Shown here piece by piece: positions 56,578-62,369 of a DNA stretch of 62,369 bases. Positions within the stretch are counted from its first letter, which is position 1. Each line of letters opens with the position of its first letter. The position numbers were made by a program, and so were the translations under genes. Under the pieces are notes generated by a model. It was not told the DNA's origin and ran no database searches. It saw only the letters and a program-made list of their open reading frames with translations. The stretch is from a virus (lineage: Duplodnaviria > Caudoviricetes): IMG/VR virus record IMGVR_UViG_3300033076_000313, positions 1 to 62,369 of that record. One strand, written 5' to 3'.

Positions 56578-57096
56578 TTACTCCTTTGATGTGATGCCGT
56601 GGGCGGCTTCGATGGCGGCGCGTGCAAACATACGCAGGTCTTCTGCATCGCACAGTTGCCCATACTCTTGTCGGTGAAGATCAGCGAGTTTGTCTAGGTC
56701 TTCATCCGTCAGCGGCTTGCGCTGTTGTTGAGTGGTGTAGAGAGGCTGCACCTTTTCTTCTCCAAGCCATTCCACAGCCTCTGCAACCAGCTTCTTATCA
56801 TCAGACAGGCTCCATTGCTTCCAAGTTTTTGATGACAACCAGCGCCAAGCCACAGGTTCCTGCTCTGGCTGTGCCACCTGCGCCTCAAGTTCAGCAATGC
56901 GCATCGCTTGGTTGTATGTCTTTTCTTGCAGGTCTTGGCATATTGCGTCTAGGTCGGGTTGCTCTGGCTGTGCCAAGGCTTCTTTGATAGCGGTGATGGC
57001 TTTACGAATAGCAGAACCAGGCAAGTTGTAACCTTCATTCTGTGTTTTTTCCAACGCCTCAAGCGCCAGCTTCAATGCTTCTGTTTTCTTATCCAT
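56578..57096 (-). CDS. mosaic array paralogue F
   Basis: MDKKTEALKLALEALE...AITAIKEALAQPEQ...AAHGITSKE. Confidence 0.75.
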   Translation of the reverse strand: MDKKTEALKLALEALEKTQNEGYNLPGSAIRKAITAIKEALAQPEQPDLDAICQDLQEKTYNQAMRIAELEAQVAQPEQEPVAWRWLSSKTWKQWSLSDDKKLVAEAVEWLGEEKVQPLYTTQQQRKPLTDEDLDKLADLHRQEYGQLCDAEDLRMFARAAIEAAHGITSKE

Positions 57097-57436
57097 TGTT
57101 CTTCTCCTTGAGTTTGGCTTCAACTTTGCGCATTGCTAGTTCAGGTACAGTTTCCCAACAGTTGGCACGTTCCTCATTCGTCAGTCCAACCCATGTGCGC
57201 TGTGGTGGGGTGGTGTTTTCTTGCGCTATAACAAGTCGCTTCTCTCCAAATCCCCAAGGCTCTTTGCGCCAATCTTTTTCCACAGGCTCCTGCTCTGGCT
57301 CTTTGGGCTGTGCCAAGGCTTCTTCGATGGCGGTGATGGCTTCACGAATAGCAGAACCAGGCAAGTTGTAACCTTCATTCTGTGTTTTTTCCAACGCCTC
57401 AAGCGCCAGCTTCAATGCTTCTGTTTTCTTATCCAT
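57089..57436 (-). CDS. mosaic array paralogue E
   Basis: MDKKTEALKLALEALE...WVGLTNEE...EAKLKEKNNG. Confidence 0.75.
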   Translation of the reverse strand: MDKKTEALKLALEALEKTQNEGYNLPGSAIREAITAIEEALAQPKEPEQEPVEKDWRKEPWGFGEKRLVIAQENTTPPQRTWVGLTNEERANCWETVPELAMRKVEAKLKEKNNG

Positions 57437-57827
57437 TGTTCTTCTCCTTGAGTTTGGCTTCGATGGCTTCAATTACTTTGCGAAAAGCTTGATTTCGGTA
57501 GACCATGTTTGTTTGTATATCCTTGACCTCCTCAGGCGTCAGTCCAACCCATGTCATGTCACTGCGTGACGGGCGCTGTGGTATTTCGTCTTGACCCCAT
57601 ATTCCACAACTTATGCAACGCATTTGACCAACTTTCATTGTGCCAGTCCTAAACCATTCATGTTTGTGTGAAACTTTTACAGGCTCCTGTTCTGGCTGTG
57701 CCAAGGCTTCTTTGATAGCGGTGATGGCGTTCTCATGCAAAAACGCTGGATAGCCTTCAAAGCCATCTTTCCAAAGTCCTTCCAACGCCTCAAGCGCCAG
57801 CTTCAGCGCCTCTGTTTTCTTATCCAT
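57429..57827 (-). CDS. mosaic array paralogue D
   Basis: MDKKTEALKLALEALE...HKHEW..CISC..WVGLTPEE...EAKLKEKNNG. Confidence 0.75.
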   Translation of the reverse strand: MDKKTEALKLALEALEGLWKDGFEGYPAFLHENAITAIKEALAQPEQEPVKVSHKHEWFRTGTMKVGQMRCISCGIWGQDEIPQRPSRSDMTWVGLTPEEVKDIQTNMVYRNQAFRKVIEAIEAKLKEKNNG

Positions 57828-58335
57828 TGTTCTTCTCCTTGAGTTTGGCTTCGGCCCATCGCACCGCCTTTCGCATCGTCTTGCTGTCGCAAGGACAGTA
57901 AGGATTGTTGACGCTGAACGTCTGGTCACGGCCCTTCTCAATCTCCTCCTCCGTCAGTCCCACCCACGGCTTGCGCTTATGTGACTCCGTCACGGGTGGG
58001 GGGGCGGTGAGCAGGCCAACAATCTGCTCTGCCAACGCTTTTCGTGCTGCGTTGTGCGTATATCGGTAGTCGTAGTTGATGTGAACGTAAACGAATTCAC
58101 CACCAAGGCGAATGTCAACGCCACCGAGAAAGTCGTAACCAACCTCAATGCCTTCTGCGACCTTTTCAAATTGCACAGGTGGCAACGCCATAGGCTCCTG
58201 CTCTGGCTGTGCCAAGGCATTTAAACCTTGTTCAATTACTTCTGTGCGCTTTTCTTGTAGCTCTGGACTGTGAAATGTTCCAACAGCCAATAGCTCAAGC
58301 GCCAGCTTCAGCGCCTCTGTTTTCTTGTCAGTCAT
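57820..58335 (-). CDS. mosaic array paralogue C
   Basis: MTDKKTEALKLALELL...ALAQPEQEP...WVGLTEEE...EAKLKEKNNG. Confidence 0.75.
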   Translation of the reverse strand: MTDKKTEALKLALELLAVGTFHSPELQEKRTEVIEQGLNALAQPEQEPMALPPVQFEKVAEGIEVGYDFLGGVDIRLGGEFVYVHINYDYRYTHNAARKALAEQIVGLLTAPPPVTESHKRKPWVGLTEEEIEKGRDQTFSVNNPYCPCDSKTMRKAVRWAEAKLKEKNNG

Positions 58336-58633
58336 CTTTTTCCCCACATTCGCAATGTTCCATCCCACAATCAATGCAAACGCTGTCATCACAGATTGGC
58401 TCCTGCGGCTGTGACGGTTGAGCCAAAGGACACTCTAGGTCAAATCCACCGCAATCATTGCAATGAGGTTGCTGTGCTGGATGCTCAGCACCCGGGGATT
58501 CCTCGGCCAGTGCTTCGCGGATGGCGGTGATGGCGTTCTCATGCAAAACCGCTGGATAGCCTTCAAAACCATCTTTCCAAAGTCCTTCCAACGCCTCAAG
58601 CGCCAGCTTCAAAGCCTCTGTTTGTTTTGTCAT
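58328..58633 (-). CDS. mosaic array paralogue B (Cys-rich tail)
   Basis: MTKQTEALKLALEALE...CNDC..CIDC..CEC. Confidence 0.75.
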   Translation of the reverse strand: MTKQTEALKLALEALEGLWKDGFEGYPAVLHENAITAIREALAEESPGAEHPAQQPHCNDCGGFDLECPLAQPSQPQEPICDDSVCIDCGMEHCECGEKDD

Positions 58634-58636
58634 GTC

Positions 58637-59218
58637 TTACTCCTTGATGCCGTGGGCGGCTTGCCATGCTTTCCAAAGGTCTGCCGTCATAGGACTGAGA
58701 ACGACCCACTCACCTGTGTCCGAATTGCACGTCTGGGCGCAGTCATACCCTTGTGCACCAGCCCACTTGATGAACTCTTTGAACTGCGGCTTGCGCTGTT
58801 GTTGGTCAGTAGATGATTGATCCATCATTACTGTTCGTGCCAATGCTTCGCATGTTGGACAGGGTTGTGGTTTCTCATACAAAGCAATCGCGCCTTCGTC
58901 TGTTTCGGCGCAATCTGTCCAGCCAAAAGGCTCAGGTTTGAAATAACCGAATGGCTCCTGCTTATGTGTCTCCGTCACGGCTGACTGTGCCACTTGAGCC
59001 TCAAGCTCCTCAATGCGCTGCGCTTGCTTCTGAATCGTCAATGTCATCTCGTTGATTGCTTCGTCGGCGTAATCTGGGTGGAACTGGTTGACTGTCTTTG
59101 GCTGTGCCAAGGCTTCTTTGATAGCGGTGATGGCTTCACGTTGAAACTCTGAATTTGTTTCCAACACATACATTTCCAACGCCTCAAGCGCCAGCTTCAA
59201 TGCTTCACGTTCTTTCAT
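58637..59218 (-). CDS. mosaic array paralogue A
   Basis: MKEREALKLALEALE...AITAIKEALAQP...AAHGIKE. Confidence 0.75.
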   Translation of the reverse strand: MKEREALKLALEALEMYVLETNSEFQREAITAIKEALAQPKTVNQFHPDYADEAINEMTLTIQKQAQRIEELEAQVAQSAVTETHKQEPFGYFKPEPFGWTDCAETDEGAIALYEKPQPCPTCEALARTVMMDQSSTDQQQRKPQFKEFIKWAGAQGYDCAQTCNSDTGEWVVLSPMTADLWKAWQAAHGIKE

Positions 59219-59601
59219 GCCATTCCCAGTTCTTGTTCCATGCGTTGATAAATCTTGACTGCATCGTCCACCACGTCGATTGGCGTCATGCCGATCAACT
59301 CTTCTGATGCAATCAGGCCGGCGTAGATTGAGCCGCGATCTACGGGCGTGATGGCAGGCTTGTTCTTCAGGTCATCAAGGGCATTGATTGAACCTTGGAT
59401 GATGCGAAACCGCACATCGGTATCTGAAGTGCCCATGTGGGCAGCGCAGGCACTTGCTACGAACATGAGCACTGAGCCGTATGCCAGAAGCTTGTCTTTG
59501 TTTTCACCGATCAAGGCGTGAATCTGTGCGTTGACAAGTTCTGATGCCCACTTGGCCCGCATCTGTGCGCGCAAGACTGGGTGAATGGTTTTTCTTTTCA
59601 T
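59215..59601 (-). CDS. hypothetical protein
   Basis: Start MKRKTIHP (GGAG RBS). Confidence 0.7.
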   Translation of the reverse strand: MKRKTIHPVLRAQMRAKWASELVNAQIHALIGENKDKLLAYGSVLMFVASACAAHMGTSDTDVRFRIIQGSINALDDLKNKPAITPVDRGSIYAGLIASEELIGMTPIDVVDDAVKIYQRMEQELGMA

Positions 59602-59876
59602 GATTTCACTCCGCAAACAATTTCCATGTAAGCCACATAGACCTGATCGGCCGTGTGGAATGTGCGCTTGTCATCTGGTAGGTAGTAAAAGCTCTTGGGG
59701 TTACCAAACAAACGACCTTGCTTGTAGGGCGTGATGGTCACCTTGTTCACGCCAGTGCTGTGGTTGACGCGGTGCAGGTAGTGTTCTTTGTCGCCAGAGA
59801 TGTGTAAGACCAGTTGCATAGGCAGTGCACAGAACTCTTCAAAGGTGTACTCTGGTCTAAGGCAGTCTGGTTTCAT
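59598..59876 (-). CDS. hypothetical protein
   Basis: ATGA overlaps with neighbours. Confidence 0.65.
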   Translation of the reverse strand: MKPDCLRPEYTFEEFCALPMQLVLHISGDKEHYLHRVNHSTGVNKVTITPYKQGRLFGNPKSFYYLPDDKRTFHTADQVYVAYMEIVCGVKS

Positions 59877-60076
59877 CCTGCCACCCATACGGCCTTTCCG
59901 CCTGTTGGTTCAAAGTCTTCAAACTTCAAGCGAACATACTGTTGACCTTCCACTCCGGCAGATTGGACATAGCCTTGGATGCCAAAGTCTTTAAGCTCTG
60001 TCACCACTACCATGCAGCCGCCAAACATTTCTTTCAACGGGTTCACTTGTACGATGTCATGCACTTCGATATTCAT
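59873..60076 (-). CDS. small SH3-like hypothetical protein
   Basis: DIVQVNP..FGGCMVVVTE..GIQGYV..TGGKAVW. Confidence 0.7.
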   Translation of the reverse strand: MNIEVHDIVQVNPLKEMFGGCMVVVTELKDFGIQGYVQSAGVEGQQYVRLKFEDFEPTGGKAVWVAG

Positions 60077-60468
60077 GCTGCCACCTTGACCATGCGCACA
60101 TCGGTGATGCCGCCAAAAATAATATCAATCTGGCTCATGCCGGAAAGGTCTTTGTCAAAGATTTCGAGCTTGAAGTTGTTTTCATCAAACCACTTGAGCC
60201 ACTGGTACAGCTGCTCTTCCGCGCGCTCTCCACGACCAAGCACAGCAACACAAGGATGCTTGTGGTACGCATCTTCTGGCGTCCACACATCGCCGTTTTT
60301 GTCGGTGCGGTTCCACTCTTTGTCGTGCCACTCATAATCTGGATACTTGCCATCGGCCAAAATGCCGACGCACTCACGGCCAAATCCGCATTCGCCCTCA
60401 AGCGTAAGCACACATTGGTTCTTGTGCGCCCACATAATCATCCAGTTGGTTTTCTCTTCACGTGTCAT
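60073..60468 (-). CDS. hypothetical protein
   Basis: GGAG RBS; LEGECGFGRECVGI..AYHKHPCVAVLG. Confidence 0.75.
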   Translation of the reverse strand: MTREEKTNWMIMWAHKNQCVLTLEGECGFGRECVGILADGKYPDYEWHDKEWNRTDKNGDVWTPEDAYHKHPCVAVLGRGERAEEQLYQWLKWFDENNFKLEIFDKDLSGMSQIDIIFGGITDVRMVKVAA

Positions 60469-60559
60469 GTTTATCTCCGGCTGGTTGGAGAACGGATGAT
60501 ACAGCAAGTTGCACATATCTACACATTAGTGCAATGAATTATTTCTATGTGCAAGGAAG

Positions 60560-61173
60560 TGTCGATAGGAAAAACAAATCGCAAAAACGAAAAGCCAAAG
60601 GTTCCCCAAGGGTGAATAGCCAAGGTATTCATCCCTGCCCATAGGGCACATACGTGGTGTCCTACTAGCAAACCCATAAGGCAGCGATTCGTCGATAGGA
60701 GGCTTGTCTTTCACCGCTCGTCCTCTTATCTTGCCCAGTCCCTCGCTGACAGGCTGGACGGCTGTTATCTGGGGGTGTGGCCAGTGCCGGTGTTTCCTTC
60801 CGCGCCACCCATGCAGGTGCAGTGCTATCGTGCGGAGTACGGCTACTGTAGAAGAGAGATGCACTTGATGATGGTGGCTGGGCTGGATACCAGCTCGGTA
60901 GAGGCAATGCCCATCTCTACCGCTTGAGGGCTTACGATCCCATTACGCATTTGTCACCTGCTGCTATCTGTGTCGGTCAAAGCGGCTGCATACCGCGCCA
61001 AACATTTCATTTTTCAGAACCAGCAAGAAGTGTGTCTATCCACACCGCACCATCATCAAGTACACAAACAAAAAAGCCGCTTACTACTGCCCTCGGTAGG
61101 AACCCTAGAGTAAAAACCAAGGGCGAGAGCATGAGTAAACGGCTTCAGTCTTTGTCGCTTCCTACGGCAACGG
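60560..61173 (-). ncRNA. candidate structured non-coding RNA region (three sub-domains)
   Basis: No credible ORF; many complementary segments including a 14-bp perfect long-range stem and loop-loop pairings; sigma70 promoter immediately upstream. Confidence 0.55.
61070..61145 (-). terminator. terminator-like closing stem with U-tract
   Basis: AAGCCGTTTACT/AGTAAGCGGCTT stem followed by TTTTGTTT on the minus strand. Confidence 0.55.
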
Positions 61174-61178
61174 TTTGG

Positions 61179-61206
61179 ATTATACACACATTTCAATGTG
61201 TTGCAA
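61179..61206 (-). promoter_or_regulatory. sigma70-type promoter
   Basis: TTGCAA-N16-TATAAT; predicted +1 near 61172, where the first hairpin begins. Confidence 0.65.
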
Positions 61207-61274
61207 CACGTTTCATACCGTACTTTTACTCACCCTATCCGGCTAGGGTGACAAAAGCGACACGGTGTCGTATT

Positions 61275-61362
61275 TGGCGGATGGTGTTGGGATCGAACCA
61301 ACGCGCCCCTTGCGGGACGACAGGTTAGCAACCTGCTGCCTTAACCTCTCGGCCAACCATCC
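61275..61362 (-). tRNA. tRNA-Ser(GCT)
   Basis: GGATGGT acceptor stem, anticodon loop TTGCTAA, long variable arm, GGTTCGATCCC, encoded CCA. Confidence 0.92.
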
Positions 61363-61363
61363 T

Positions 61364-61437
61364 TGGCATCCCGACAGGGAATCGAACCCCAGATAACGGA
61401 CTTGGAAACCGTTGTGTTACCACTACACCATCGAGAA
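61364..61437 (-). tRNA. tRNA-Trp(CCA), atypical
   Basis: D arm GTGT-AGTGGTA-ACAC, loop TTCCAAG, TTCGATT T loop, G73, CCA; several mismatches and wobbles. Confidence 0.75.
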
Positions 61438-61442
61438 ACAAC

Positions 61443-61530
61443 TGGCGGAAGAGGTGAGATTCGAACTCACGGAGCCTTTCGACTCGACAGTTTTCAAGAC
61501 TGCTGCATTAAACCGCTCTGCCACTCTTCC
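61443..61530 (-). tRNA. tRNA-Ser(TGA)
   Basis: GGAAGAG acceptor, loop CTTGAAA, long variable arm, GTTCGAATC, CCA. Confidence 0.93.
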
Positions 61531-61610
61531 AAATTTGGCCGGTGACGATTATCCGGCTCGTATGTTGATGCGCTTCCACCCCAATGGGGATGCTCGCCTA
61601 CGACGAATCT

Positions 61611-61686
61611 TGGTGCCGACTCTCAGATTCGAACTGAGGCTCTCCCGCTTACAAGGCGGGTGCAGTGACCACTTTGCTAAGTCGGC
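61611..61686 (-). tRNA. tRNA-Thr(TGT)
   Basis: GCCGACT/AGTCGGC acceptor, CCCGC-CTTGTAA-GCGGG, GTTCGAATC, ACCA. Confidence 0.9.
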
Positions 61687-62065
61687 GTTTATATTCTTTG
61701 TTGTGCGCACTTTTTGCCGCCACGCACAGTGAGCATTTGCAATACCTGTACTCGGTTAATGTTCCATGTTTTGGAACCCTGACAGCTTTGCGATGCTCAT
61801 GGTTTTTGACTTTGTTTTCATGACCAGTCAAGATTTGAAGGTTGTCCAAACTGTCGTTTGTTTTGTCTTCGTCTTTGTGATCAACCTCCTCCTCGTCCGT
61901 CAAGTACCTTCCAATCTTCACTGCCATCAAGTACCTAGCGTAACTTGTGACAGTCCTGTCTTTGTTGCTGTTGTAAAGAACAACATACTTCCTGCCGTCT
62001 TTGCTTTCCTGCAAATAACCACGGCGCCAGTCAGTAGAGTAAGGTGCGGACAATTCGTATCTCAT
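61649..62065 (-). CDS. free-standing HNH homing endonuclease
   Basis: YARYLM..EEVDHKDEDKTNDSLDNLQILT..EN (HNH_3-type) and a C-terminal HG..Y..CKC..C motif; located in the tRNA cluster. Confidence 0.85.
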   Translation of the reverse strand: MRYELSAPYSTDWRRGYLQESKDGRKYVVLYNSNKDRTVTSYARYLMAVKIGRYLTDEEEVDHKDEDKTNDSLDNLQILTGHENKVKNHEHRKAVRVPKHGTLTEYRYCKCSLCVAAKSAHNKEYKRRLSKVVTAPAL

Positions 62066-62083
62066 GCACGAATTATACACGAC

Positions 62084-62110
62084 TTGCTCTACCAACTGAG
62101 CTACAAGGGC
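62084..62110 (-). pseudogene. orphan 5' half of a tRNA
   Basis: GCCCTTG-TA-GCTC-AGTTGGTA-GAGC-A directly after the tRNA-Asn CCA; no matching CAAGGGC 3' acceptor strand downstream. Confidence 0.75.
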
Positions 62111-62185
62111 TGGCTGCCAAGGCTGGGATCGAACCAGCGACCAACAGATTAACAGTCTGCTGCACTACCGCTGTGCTACTTGGCA
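62111..62185 (-). tRNA. tRNA-Asn(GTT)
   Basis: TGCCAAG acceptor, GCAGA-CTGTTAA-TCTGT, GGTTCGATCC, GCCA. Confidence 0.93.
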
Positions 62186-62205
62186 AAAACTTTGGGGAGG
62201 GGTCT

Positions 62206-62292
62206 TGGTGGGGATGGCTGGATTCGAACCAACTCAACGTAGAAGTAACAGATTTACAGTCTGCCGTGCCTCACCAACTGCACCGCATCCCC
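62206..62292 (-). tRNA. tRNA-Tyr(GTA)
   Basis: GGGGATG acceptor, GCAGA-CTGTAAA-TCTGT, long variable arm, GGTTCGAATCC, ACCA. Confidence 0.9.
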
Positions 62293-62369
62293 GTTGCAGG
62301 GATGGATCAATATCGCCAATTACTGGACGACGTTGACGTTGATGATGAATTACTGGTCTGGGTGACAGG

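Larger units (their letters stand above)
57004..59199. repeat. dispersed direct repeats of the paralogue array
   Basis: 17-mer CTCAAGCGCCAGCTTCA at 57058, 57398, 57789, 58294, 58595 and 59183; 42-bp junction identical at 57080, 57420 and 57811; 118-bp identity between 57004-57121 and 57344-57461. Confidence 0.92.

Noticed and set aside
56578-59218. CRISPR array or diversity-generating retroelement explanation for the repeats
   Set aside because: Repeats are in-frame coding blocks with irregular 300-590 bp spacing. No reverse transcriptase, no adenine-specific TR/VR pair and no cas operon are visible.
60860-61064. tmRNA
   Set aside because: No GGGG 5' end or TCCACCA 3' end, no G3-U70 alanine identity, no tag ORF ending in AA-stop, and too short.
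60526-61328. ORFs 60526-60864, 60665-60907 and 60924-61328
   Set aside because: Non-ATG or RBS-less starts, atypical composition, and overlap with tRNA or predicted RNA structure.
61536-61557. Possible extra tRNA or mini-helix (CCGG..CCGG-CCA on the minus strand)
   Set aside because: No D or T arm; too short to support.
1-62369. Stop-codon recoding, suppressor tRNA or integration module
   Set aside because: Core genes are intact under the standard code, no CTA/TCA/TTA anticodon is present, and no integrase or attP is recognisable within the window.

Overview
The window is most of a tailed dsDNA phage genome (Caudoviricetes) with a podovirus-like organisation: terminase, portal, scaffold, Mu-gpT-like capsid, adaptors, tail fibres, a GH19 endolysin/spanin lysis cassette, a P22-gp10-like tail protein and large ejection/internal virion proteins. 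No tape measure, tail tube, integrase, DNA polymerase or RNA polymerase is visible. Spanins imply a Gram-negative host. Layout: (1) 1-5041 (+) recombination/accessory operon (Cas4-like nuclease tail, SPFH protein, ERF recombinase, SSB-like protein); (2) 5080-45644 (-) morphogenesis and lysis; (3) 46116-51284 (+) small early-type genes joined by repeated junction sequences; (4) 51267-60468 (-) replication (Toprim protein, SF2 helicase, ParB-like, MazG-like) plus a tandem array of six mosaic paralogues; (5) 60470-61270, a non-coding tract packed with predicted RNA structure; (6) a tRNA cluster (Tyr, Asn, Thr, Ser, Trp, Ser) invaded by an HNH endonuclease. The most unusual signals are the promoter-driven, pseudoknotted/tRNA-mimic RNA region next to the tRNAs, the six-gene shuffled cassette array, a Phi-x-x-G-G peptide motif shared by many unrelated virion proteins, and a 21-bp palindrome found four times across the genome. 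All product calls come from motif recognition by eye; no searches or folding programs were run.
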